A stretch of 64,000 nucleotides of DNA from Eledone cirrhosa (taxonomy: Eukaryota), in NCBI GenBank assembly GCA_964016885.1, contig OZ024755.1, forward strand, positions 14,570,001 to 14,634,000. The letters are read 5' to 3'. Under the pieces are notes generated by a model. That model ran no database searches and was not told where the DNA came from. It worked only from the letters and a program-made list of their open reading frames with translations. Position numbers and translations under genes: made by a program. Positions 31,500-43,527 of this stretch are shown piece after piece (position 1 is the stretch's first letter; the number at the start of each line of letters is the position of its first letter).

Positions 31500-31722
31500 A
31501 ATAATAATAATAATAATAAATGTGAAGACTAAAATCCAAAGAGGGCTCGATAAGGATAAATATATATTAAATATATAAGAACCCTAGGGCAAATATTTAT
31601 TAAAATAACAGATTAAAGTTTAAGCAAAGAATCGCTACTTGCACCCTTAACGGGATCTTCTGAAGATCTCGTTAAGGGTGCAAGCAGCGATTCTTTGCTT
31701 AAACTTTAATCTGTTATTTTAA

Positions 31723-31729
<7 letters not shown>
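31500..31729. mobile_element. Interspersed repeat with a 68-bp-arm palindrome (31593-31729); homolog at 56805-56948
   Basis: Near-perfect inverted repeat centred at 31661 (two mismatches). Shares GAAGACTAAAATCCAAAGAGGG.TCGATAAGGATAAA with the 56.8-kb copy. Confidence 0.85.
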
Positions 31730-31760
<31 letters not shown>

Positions 31761-32208
31761 GAGTGTCTGCGGTGCTAAGTCTGGAACGACCATTAATCAA
31801 ATACTACTAGATGTGTAATAGGATGCAGATTCAGTATGTTTAGGAAGAAGATATTCGACCGTGATCTCCTACGGTTTCTGCTCGTGATTTCATACACACC
31901 ATTGATTCTGATTTTCTGTTTAGAATGTGTCTTGTTTTAGTCAATATTTAGAATTTCTCTACTACTATAGTGACTACAAAAAGTTTTCTTGTTAATGTAT
32001 TATTTGCTTTTGGCTAAAATAAACCATGATGTTTCAAATCATTTGTCATGCATAGCTCGACTGAGCCATTGCCTTTTTTTTTCTTGTCAATTTAAAGGCG
32101 GATTACACATTCACACAACGGCTCTTAAAGAGTCTCTCGCACATTTCTTATATATGATTTAGTGTGTTCTAAGCTTTGATCACGAGATATATGAAACATC
32201 AGCACTAC

Positions 32209-32303
<95 letters not shown>

Positions 32304-32562
32304 TCTCTCTCTCTGTTATTCCCTACGTGTAGGTATCACTACTACACTTACAAACCAACAAAGGAGCCATTGCGTAGACACTTGACGTGCAATAAAAGCA
32401 GCAAAAATATTCCCAACTCACAGCTTACCGTCTTAAAAAGGTAATGAAGCAATGTATTATGTTGGTTAGAAATCAGCAAGACGATCACGGCTGGAATGTT
32501 CCTAATCACAAGATCATCGATCATGTTGGCTCCGGAGTTAAACAAGAAGATAAATAATAATG

Positions 32563-32781
32563 GTTTCTGATTTAGGCACAAGACCAGCAATATCGTGGGG
32601 GTGGGGTGGGCGTGTAAGTCTGTTAAATCGACCCCAGTGCATTACTGGTATTTTATTTTATTGACCCTAAAAGCATGAAAGACAAAACTGACCTCGGAGC
32701 GTTTTGAACTCATGTAAAGGACTGTAACTCTATGCCGCGAAGCAGAGTGTCCAATGCTCTACCGATACTGCCAACCCACCG
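32563..32781 (-). mobile_element. SINE (Meta-like), near full length
   Basis: Reverse complement of the 16088-type SINE, ending CTCTACCGATACTGCCAACCCACC. Confidence 0.8.
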
Positions 32782-33464
32782 TGATGATGATGATAATAAT
32801 GACAAGAGCAGTAGCAGCAACACATGCTCACATTGAAAACGAAAATGTTGAAATGTAGTCATCTTCATTGAAAAATCCAAAAGACCAGCACATATTGCAC
32901 ATCACAATAGTATACACATAAGAACAGTACTCACACACGCCTCCCCCATGACACACACACACACACAAATAAACACTCACAAATACATCAGTATAGTATG
33001 CACACGCACAATACCATAGTACACATACACACACATACATAACAGTACGTACTCATATAACCAGACACCAAACTAGTACACGCACACGCAAAACAAATAC
33101 AGGCATATATAAGAAGATTACATACATATACAAGGCCAGTACATGCATATACATAATAAACACATACAAACAAACATACACAGAAGACCAATGAAGGCAT
33201 TCATATACAAGATTAGAAAACTCCAATACACATAGTTCTATTGATTTACATGAAGGGACACATTCTACCCAAGCCTCTACCCCCACCCCCACCCACACAC
33301 AGAACACTAAATTAGACAAACCTCCCCACAACACTTATTCACAATGCAGCAGTCGTATAAAAAATAACATAAAATATAGTGAAGCGATTTTCATTATTAA
33401 TGAAACACTCTGAACCTAGAAACTTCCGATAAGGAACATTGATCCTGCTTATGTAAATGGGAGC

Positions 33465-33626
33465 ATGCACGCATGCCCAGATAGTAATGCACGCATGCGC
33501 AGATTGTAATGCACGCATGCCCAGATAGTAATGCACGCATGCGCAGATTGTAATGCACGCATGCGCAGATTGTAATGCACGCATGCCCAGATAGTAATGC
33601 ACGCATGCGCAGATTGTAATGCACGA
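33465..33626. repeat. 22-bp minisatellite, 7 units of two variants (order A B A B B A B)
   Basis: ATGCACGCATGC-CCAGATAGTA and ATGCACGCATGC-GCAGATTGTA units. Confidence 0.95.
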
Positions 33627-33654
33627 ATACCCAGTGACTGTATGTACTTTAAGA

Positions 33655-34175
33655 TGGTGACCAATTGGCAGATATGTTAGAAAGTTGGATAGAATCATCT
33701 GCGGTAATCGTTTAGGCTCTCTCCACTCTAAAGTTGAAATCCCGCCAATGTCAACTTTTCCTTTCATCGTTTCAATGTTAAGAAATATAGTACCAGTTTA
33801 CTATTGGGGTCGATCTTTTTTATGTTTCTCATTTACTAGCTCTTGATCATTCTCCACCTTTCTATGTCGGAAATAAGCTGTGTTCAGATTTGGACAGAGG
33901 TTGACTCAAGATATGCCGGATAAAACTACGACGCTCCTACTTCTTCATCAGAAGTTAAAAGTCCATCGCATGGTACATGTGTTCTTATATAAGGGTTTCT
34001 AATTTAGTTGCATAGCCAGCGATTTAGAGGAAGAGAATCGGCTTTGGTATTTGACTGGTACTTCATTTTATCGAAGTCGGAAGGATTAAAAGCAAAGTTG
34101 ACCTCGGCGCGACTTGAACTCAGAACATAAAACGCAAAATATTTGTTCTACACAATAAAGATTCTGCCAACCCAC
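33655..34175. mobile_element. Two degenerate SINE copies (+ ~33655-33815; - ~33995-34175)
   Basis: GAAATCCCGCC...CCTTTCATC...GTACCAG on the + strand; CTGGTACTT...TTATCGA...TTGAACTCAGAAC in reverse orientation. Confidence 0.6.
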
Positions 34176-35451
34176 CACAACATTAAAACAACCTTCACCA
34201 ACACTACCATCGCTACAACAACCCTCACCCCCCTCACCACCCCTCACCACCACCACCTTCAAGAACTACAACACCAAAAACTGCAACAACAATTCTATCA
34301 TTACCACAACCACCTCCGACGCCACTAATACCGCCACCACAACCATCACCACCATCACAACCACCGCTGCCACTACCATGAACAACGACATCAACAATAA
34401 CTATTCTACCACCAACACAAGTACCAAACACCACCACCACCACCACAACCACCCGCAACAACAACAACAATAATATCCAGTAATATAAATGAAACTCTTT
34501 CAGTTGCCAGATATTATATGTTCAAGTAAGGTTTCTTAATAAATCACAAGAAAATGAAGGTAATACAATAGTATGATAGAGTCTAGCATCATCTTGCTTA
34601 TTACACCTCTGGCCACTGTCAAATGACTGTATGTATGTATCTATGCATGTGTATGTATCTATGTGTGTGTGTGTGCATGTATATATTTGTGTGTATGAAT
34701 GTATGCATGTATGTATGTATGTGTTTATGTATGCATATATTTACGTATGTATGTATCTGTGTATGTGTGATGTATGCATGTGTGTATATATGTATGTAAA
34801 TATGTATGTATGTAATTGTATGCGTATCTCTGTATATATATACACATGTAAGCACAGGGTTTAGATGTACATATGAGAGATAGAGACATAGACAGTGAGA
34901 GAGAAGGAAAAGAGGCAGAGGAAGAGAGGAATAGAGAGAGCGAGTATAATCAATGCATAAATCCCAAGTGAGCGAACGGCTACAAAGGATTTTACTAATC
35001 ATGTATATTACCTGAAAATGTTGTTCTAGATTATGTCCCCTTCCCCTTTAAAGTCGTTAACAATTACTGGTAGATTTCTTTACATCCGTTTCTTTCTATA
35101 GGTAAGAATGCAATTTTCTGATCGGCATTCAAGTTCCGGTTGAACTATGTTGACATATTCTAACGTAGTAGTATACTGCTTGTAACAAATATCAGGCGGA
35201 CCTTTCCAGATATTAAAAGATATATTAAAAGACAAGCTTATCTTTATTAAAAGACTAGCTTTTCAATTTTGAAATTCACGCTACTCGTCCTTGAAAGACG
35301 TTAAAAATGACCGCAAGGGTTCTTCTGTTTCACTCTAAGGGGGACATTAAATGAAAGTTTTAGAATTTAGGGTTTATGGCTTTTTCTGTATCACCCTTAA
35401 GCTTAATTATCTAAATTGATGACAATGGCCAGTTTCTAGTACCTCTGTTTG

Positions 35452-35495
<44 letters not shown>

Positions 35496-35518
35496 TTTTT
35501 TCCATTAACATTACAACG

Positions 35519-35603
35519 GGTCTGACGAGCCGCGGATAACAGAGTCGGGTCAGATCGATACAGATCGAACCTTGAGTTGATCAGTGGCGAAACGGGCGTC
35601 GCC
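35519..35603 (+). ncRNA. Hammerhead ribozyme motif with long stem II
   Basis: GGT-CTGACGA-GCCGC...(~50 nt)...GTGGC-GAAA-CGGGC-GTC/GCC, then AATAAA at 35608. Intact core. Confidence 0.7.
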
Positions 35604-35761
35604 AACCAATAAACGTAATGAAGGAGTAACCAATCGCCCTTGTTATCTTATTTCACTATAATACACTCTGTATAGCTCTACACCTCGACACTGAAATGAA
35701 CCTAAATATCGAGTGCTCACCCGGGTGAACCTACAGTAATTCCAAGTTACACTCCCTGGAG

Positions 35762-35824
<63 letters not shown>

Positions 35825-35924
35825 TAAATATAGATATATGCACATACACACACATGCACACATATATATACATGTAAACAGTATATGTATTGTTCACTAG
35901 ATATCAGTTCTGTGGATCTTCACG

Positions 35925-36320
35925 TGACTATGTAACTATGTAGATTAATGCGGTAGACACAAGTAGAGTCACAAACCAGGTCGATCATATATTGTCTCGC
36001 GGGAGAAGATGCGCTGTGTTAATCAGGTCACGATATTTCCCCGCTCAAGTCTATCATTGAGATATCCGGTTCATCCTGTGCCGAAAGTTGATCTTCATCA
36101 TAGATGATCCATCTCCAATCGTGTTGATTAATCACCAACGAATTCCATGCGTCGTTTTTGTTCTTTTTCAAATTTCCGTTAAGTGCGGCTTTGAACAACT
36201 TCATTCGTTTATCCTCGTGAGTGCTTTACTTCCTTAAGCTGGGAGTTTAACAACTGCTTGAGCAACCGTTGGTCTGACAATCACATGATAGCTCCACGCC
36301 ATGAAATCTGATATAGTGGA
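35925..36320 (-). pseudogene. Old RTE (BovB-like) LINE C-terminal remnant
   Basis: Minus-strand fragments RLLKQLLNSQLKEVKHSRG, FKAALNGNLKK, WRWII and CDSTCVYRINLHSY resemble the BovB motifs RLPKQLLYSELxxGKRxxG and CxSRIGLxSH. Confidence 0.55.
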
Positions 36321-36792
36321 ACTGTGGGTTAAATACAGTAAATATAAGCTTTGTGAAGTACACTGATATTCTTCTGTCTGAGAACCAAACCTAGTGTTTG
36401 GTATCTTGTTTATCGACCTCGATAAAGAGTGATAGGCAAAGCTGCTCCCAGCATCATTTTAACTCAACGCGTAGTAAAAGACTTAGTAAGGAACGTGTAA
36501 AAAATAGTGTTGATGTATGTCTGATAATCGAAACGTAGATATATTGATAAACTGTAGCATAATAAGAGAGGTTAGAAGGGAAACTTAACTAACTTGCTGG
36601 AACCCGCTGATAGATGTAGCTACAGTACATCTATCTCTACAGCGTGAAAGGAATTTAGTAGTAGTTGCTTTAATGGGGAATATTTTAAAAATTACATAAT
36701 CCGTTGCATTGAATAGGATTAACTTCAAAGAAAATGTGTTCCCGCGTACATACAGGCATACATACACACATACATATATATATATATACAAT

Positions 36793-37250
36793 TCAATACA
36801 TTAACAGAGAAAGCCTTAAACGATACTCCGACCAACTCCATCTCACTCAACAAACATTAGGATATACTTAAGTATTATCCCAATTTAGTGTTGGGGTGCT
36901 AACTAATCAGTATTTCATGGATAATTGGTTGTATTATTTTATATGAGACATTATTAAATAAATATCTCATTTCTTCCAGACAGCCGTTTCGTTATAAGAT
37001 TTCTACAATTTTGGATAAATAATTTCCAGGTCATGTAGAAACTTTTATATAATCCATAGTTTTATACACAAGCGGGCTCTTATAAACTCATCAGTGGATG
37101 CCCAGTCAATAAGATATAAGAATTATCTCGACATTAACAGAATGGTGATGGTCTCTCTCAGCGCCAAGAAGAGACTGGTAGATTAGAATCCAGCAGTTCT
37201 CTCAAAGAAAAAATACACGCTGTCCCCAAAAGGGTAAAGGGAGGTCATCT
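36793..37250 (-). mobile_element. HHR-bearing interspersed repeat, copy C
   Basis: Collinear with 10993-11450: AATACATTAACAGAGAAAGC...CACTCAACAAACATTAGGATATAC...TCATCAGTGGATGCCC. Confidence 0.8.
36975..37098 (-). ncRNA. Hammerhead ribozyme with branched stem II (copy C, fully canonical core, GUC site)
   Basis: Minus strand: TCCA-CTGATGA-G(T)TTATAAGA...TCTTATAAC-GAAA-CGGCT-GTC/TGGA. Confidence 0.8.
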
Positions 37251-37332
37251 TAAAATAAAACAATATACACGCTGGTCAATTAAACCTGTTAGGTATTAAC
37301 CACGTGTATAAGAACATATATATATATATATA

Positions 37333-37736
37333 TTAGGGTGGCCCCTATTTTTCAACCTTCTAAAAGTTTAGCTCTCAACCCCCCACTATCTTGTTCCAAT
37401 TAACAAAAAAAAACAAAAAAACAATCTATGCAAAACTGTAGTTCAAGCGGAGAACTGAAAGGCGACCCTCATCGACCTTGGAAATTTGAAGTTTCCACTT
37501 GGAAAGTCATTTTTTCAGATAAAAACCTTTTATCTCTTATATAGTTTTCTCTTAAATTAAAAACTTGTTCAGACATATTCTTGGTATTAGAAGGATAAGT
37601 GACAATAAATATAATGGGGAAGGCAACTTGCATAGTTGGGGACAGAGCGCAGGTATAGGGTAAACACCTATTATTCACTGTGGGAGCAGCAACATTTTAA
37701 CTTTTGAAAAATTACCTGTTACTAAGGCCACCCTAA
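37333..37736. mobile_element. hATm-type non-autonomous element (MITE) inserted in (TA)n
   Basis: TIRs TTAGGGTGGCC and GGCCACCCTAA; subterminal motifs shared with the end at 38960-39033. Confidence 0.75.
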
Positions 37737-37808
37737 TATATATATATCCGTATGTGGTTGACAGCTGAGAGAAATGAGCACTCGGTATTGAGTAATATGT
37801 ATATATAA

Positions 37809-37867
<59 letters not shown>

Positions 37868-37919
37868 ATACCATCCTTGCTTTCATATTTCTCCTTGTTC
37901 CTTAAATAAGTACATTAAT

Positions 37920-38200
37920 ACAAGGAGAAAGGGAGAGCAAGGAGAAAGGGAGAGCAAGGAGAAAGGGAGAGCAAGGAGAAAGGGAGAGCAAGGAGAAAAG
38001 GAGAGTAAGGAGAAAAGGAGAACAAGGATAAAAGAAGAGCAAGGAAAGCAATGCTAAAAGGAGAGCAATCATAAAAGGAGACGAAGGATAACAGGAGAGC
38101 AAGGATAAAAGGAGAGCAATGAGAAAATGAAGGCAAGGAGAGCAATGAGAGCAATTAGAAAAGGAGAGCAAGGTAAACAAGGATAAAAGAAGAGCAAGGA
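37920..38200 (+). repeat. 17-bp purine-rich minisatellite (AAGGAGAAAGGGAGAGC)n, degenerating 3'
   Basis: Direct observation. Confidence 0.9.
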
Positions 38201-38254
38201 GAGATTAAGGCAAATTATACTGGAAGCAGACAAAGGAGAAACATTCAACTGAAG

Positions 38255-39033
38255 ATGTACATTCTGCACCAAAATGACTTTTCTTCCTTTACAAACATCG
38301 AGTTTTTGTCTTTTATAACTCCTGGTACAAAAACTTTCTTCATGAGATTTTCTATCAGCACCGACAAAGGCCATTCAGCATGGAAGGATGATCCTGGTTA
38401 CAGAAGTGAACTTGAGAAGACAGCTGTTGTGAATGATGTTGCAGGAAGAGGTATCAAACTCATTCAGGATTACAATAACATTCTCACAAAAGATGAAACT
38501 GAGAAATAATTTGTCTTACAGATTGTTACCGAAAACCGTAAAAGTGCCACTAAATTCTCTCTTATGCAAAAATAATGTTCAATATTCATTGTTCAGTGTT
38601 CACATTATGTTTTTGGTTCTATAGAAATTATTATTGTAAATAGAAATGCGTCTCTCTTATAGAAGTTGTGTGCTTTATTAAGAAAACTTAATATTTCTTA
38701 AGTTTTTCATGTTATTTCAGGAATTTTTCAAATTAACTATTTGTAAATTTGATTCAGAACGTTTTTAAACATTCGCTGGGGTTGCCTGGATGAGTCGACA
38801 TAAATTTCTCTAGGAAGAAAAAAGAAAATGGTCGAGATAGGGAACAGTATACCACTTTTGAAGAGAATTTAATCATTGAGTATACTATGTTCCAACTTCG
38901 AGGCGTTTGAGGGTCGCCTAACAGTTGTTCGATTGAGCTTAAATTTTGCACATCCCGTGTTTTTGTTCATTGGTTGGAACAGGATTAGGGGGTGCGAGCA
39001 GCAAAATTTACCTATTACTAAGGGGCACCCTAA
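38255..39033 (+). mobile_element. hATm transposon 3' fragment: transposase C-terminus plus right TIR
   Basis: AVVNDVAGRGIKLIQDYNNILTKDETEK*FVLQIVTENRK resembles the hATm motif VVNDxAERGVKLIxDYNxxLTKDExQKQxLLQVVEEHRK. Ends GGGGCACCCTAA at 39033, followed by (TA)n. Confidence 0.75.
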
Positions 39034-39271
39034 TATATATATATATATATATATATATTTGTGTGTGTGTGTGATATATATATATACATATTTATATACA
39101 TACATGTATATATATAGTTTCTATGAAGATTTAAAGATGAAACTGATGTAAAAAAGGATGACAAAATAATGTTTTGCTCTATATATTTCGATTTTCACCC
39201 CTTTTACTCCAGTTACATTTGTATATTTCTATTAGTATTGTAGCAGCTTTCCTAACACTCCCTTATATTAG

Positions 39272-39488
39272 GGCGATGGATTGACATTATCGGTAGAGCG
39301 TTGGACACCATGCTTTGTAGCATATAGTTACGGAGTTTTACGTTCTGAGATCAAATCCCGCAGTGGTTAGATGTGCCTTTCATCCGTACAAAGTCGATAA
39401 AAGAAAGTAACAGTAACGTATTGGGGTCGATTAAATTGATTTTCCACGCCGCAAAAATGATTGGCCTTGTGCCTAAATCAGTAGCCAT
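39272..39488 (+). mobile_element. SINE (Meta-like)
   Basis: GGCGATGGATTGAC..TATCGGTAGAGCG...TCAAATCCCG...GCCTTTCATCC...GGCCTTGTGCCTAAATCAG. Confidence 0.75.
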
Positions 39489-40121
39489 CATTATATAGGG
39501 GCTTAACTGGAACATAATATTTCCCAACTAAGATATATTCATTTATAATTAGCCATATTTCGTTTTCTTGTGTTTAGGCAAATGTTAGCAACAAATAGTA
39601 GGTTTGAAATGGCGACGTCGATTGCAAATCAGGAATTGAGATATCACTTACTTTATATATGTGAACATGTTTGTAGTTTCAAGTGCATTCACGTTTGTTT
39701 AAAGAAATATTAAAAGTGAGTAATGGATCTAAAATGGTGGTGCAGCTTACTGTGAGTTAAAGATTCAGGTAACATTAAATATATATATATATATATGCGC
39801 TTACCAGTAACTATGACGGCATTCACGTATATTCGAGTATTCACACTATTGTTACAACGTCTTGTGTATGTATTTATATATTTCTGGGCATATATCAATA
39901 TGAGCGCCTGTGTGTATATATGAGTGACTGTGTATAAAATAAAATATAAAATATTTATATTAACCCTACATATATATATATATACACCAAGTAAGGCATG
40001 AATTATATAAAAAATAATAAGAAAAATAACATTTCATATAACTTATATATCAAACATATCGGTTACAAAATGTATTCAATATGAAATATACAAATTTCAT
40101 AAAGTATTCATTATATAAATG

Positions 40122-40164
<43 letters not shown>

Positions 40165-40174
40165 CTATCTATCT

Positions 40175-40206
<32 letters not shown>

Positions 40207-40229
40207 ATATATATATATATATATACATG

Positions 40230-40399
<170 letters not shown>

Positions 40400-40402
40400 C
40401 AC

Positions 40403-40444
<42 letters not shown>

Positions 40445-40483
40445 ATATATATGTATATATATATATATACATGTATATATATG

Positions 40484-40523
<40 letters not shown>

Positions 40524-40531
40524 TGTATATG

Positions 40532-40567
<36 letters not shown>

Positions 40568-40589
40568 CATGTATATATATATATACATG

Positions 40590-40724
<135 letters not shown>

Positions 40725-40727
40725 ATG

Positions 40728-40758
<31 letters not shown>

Positions 40759-40761
40759 ATG

Positions 40762-40792
<31 letters not shown>

Positions 40793-40855
40793 ATGTATAT
40801 ATATATATATATATACATGTATATGTATATATATATATATATATACATGTATATG

Positions 40856-40922
<67 letters not shown>

Positions 40923-41029
40923 ATGTATATATATATATACATGTATATATATATATATATACATGTATATATATATATATATATATACATGTATATTTAT
41001 ATATATATATATATATATACATGTATATG

Positions 41030-41092
<63 letters not shown>

Positions 41093-41143
41093 ATATATAT
41101 ATATATATACATGTATATATATATATATATATACATGTATATG

Positions 41144-41183
<40 letters not shown>

Positions 41184-41350
41184 TACATGTATATATATAT
41201 ATACATGTATATATATATATATATATATACATGTATATGTATATATATATATATATATACATGTATATATATATATATACATGTGTATATATATATATAT
41301 ATATACATGTATATGTATATATATATATATATATACATGTATATATATAT

Positions 41351-41390
<40 letters not shown>

Positions 41391-41438
41391 GTATATATAT
41401 ATATATATATACATGTATATGTATATATATATATATAT

Positions 41439-41478
<40 letters not shown>

Positions 41479-41498
41479 GTATATATATATATATATAT

Positions 41499-41574
<76 letters not shown>

Positions 41575-41613
41575 ATATATATGTATATATATATATATAC
41601 ATGTATATATATG

Positions 41614-41653
<40 letters not shown>

Positions 41654-41665
41654 TGTATATATATG

Positions 41666-41705
<40 letters not shown>

Positions 41706-41717
41706 TGTATATATATG

Positions 41718-41757
<40 letters not shown>

Positions 41758-41759
41758 TG

Positions 41760-41803
<44 letters not shown>

Positions 41804-41825
41804 CATGTATATATATATATACATG

Positions 41826-41882
<57 letters not shown>

Positions 41883-41883
41883 A

Positions 41884-41968
<85 letters not shown>

Positions 41969-42018
41969 ATGTATATATATATATATATATACATGTATAT
42001 GTATATATATATATATAT

Positions 42019-42058
<40 letters not shown>

Positions 42059-42123
42059 ATGTATATATATATATATATATATACATGTATATGTATATAT
42101 ATATATATATATACATGTATATG

Positions 42124-42154
<31 letters not shown>

Positions 42155-42273
42155 ATGTATATATATATATATATACATGTATATATATATATATATATAT
42201 ACATGTATATGTATATATATATATATATATACATGTATATGTATATATATATATATATATATACATGTATATG

Positions 42274-42304
<31 letters not shown>

Positions 42305-42307
42305 ATG

Positions 42308-42338
<31 letters not shown>

Positions 42339-42447
42339 ATGTATATATATATATATACATGTATATATATATATATATACATGTATATATATATATATAT
42401 ATATACATGTATATGTATATATATATATATATATACATGTATATGTA

Positions 42448-43201
42448 TAATAACTTTGAATAACTTTGAAATGTTTTGGCCAGTATTGGCCCAGGCCATG
42501 TCTAACTTAATAGCACCACCTGGCGAAGTCTTTCAATTCAGGATTTGGGCACCATGGCCCATTCGAGAAGAGAATTACTGTTTGCGGAGACATATCCGGG
42601 TGTGGGTGGTTTGTCCGGGATTACTTGGAGGAATTTGTCCAAAGACTTCTTGAATCTTGTGTGGTCAGTTTCTGTTTTGACGTGTCCTGGTGTGATGTTG
42701 AAGAGAGCAGGGCCGATTGAGGTGAAATAATTGTGCCGTATTGTTGTTATGAGTTGCGATTTAGATTTTTGAATGGGACGGATAGCACGGGGCCCAAGCC
42801 TTGGGTGTATCTTGAAGGCGATGCCAACATCATTTGGGCAGTGATGATGGAACATTTTCCACATCATGCAGATAATATAACGCTCACGGCGACGTTGGAG
42901 TGAGTAAAGTTTCAGGTTTTCCAATCGACCCCAGTAGTCAAGGTCTGACATGCCATCTATCTTTTTCGTGATTGCCCTTTGAGGAGCTTCAAGTTTCATG
43001 ATACTTTGTTTCGTGTGGGGAGACCACAGTGGACAACAGTATTCAAGGTGTGGTCGGGCGAAAGTAGAGAAGAGAAGGATAATGGTGCGGGAATCTCTCG
43101 ACTGGAAGGTTCTGAGGATCCAGGAACACATTCTGCGGGCCATGTCAACTTTGCTGCTTATATGCGTGGTCCAGCTTATGTTGCTGTCCACGGTTACTCC
43201 C
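42448..43201 (-). mobile_element. 5'-truncated CR1-group LINE: ORF2 C-terminus (42538-43201) plus 3' UTR with (TTCAAAGTTA)2 tail
   Basis: Translation [14 protein letters not shown]...[13 protein letters not shown]...[10 protein letters not shown]...[16 protein letters not shown] is a typical CR1/L2 post-RT region, and the frame is uninterrupted. The poly-YI N-terminus of the listed ORF is microsatellite. Confidence 0.85.
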
Positions 43202-43295
43202 ACATGTATATATATATATATATATACATGTATATATATATATATATATACATGTATATGTATATATATATATATATATACATGTATATATATAT

Positions 43296-43326
<31 letters not shown>

Positions 43327-43527
43327 CACATGTATATATATATATATATATACATGTATATGTATATATATATATATATATACATGTATATATATATATA
43401 CATGTATATATATATATACATGTATATATATATATATATATATACATGTATATATATATATATACATGTTTATATATATATATACATATACATGTATATA
43501 TATATATATATACATGTTTATATATAC

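Noticed and set aside
33465-33626. CRISPR-like regular repeat
   Set aside because: No unique spacers, no cas genes, eukaryotic context; it is a simple minisatellite.
36512-36548. CTGATAATCGAAACGTA hammerhead-like stub
   Set aside because: No stem II and the core is altered; may be chance or too decayed to call.
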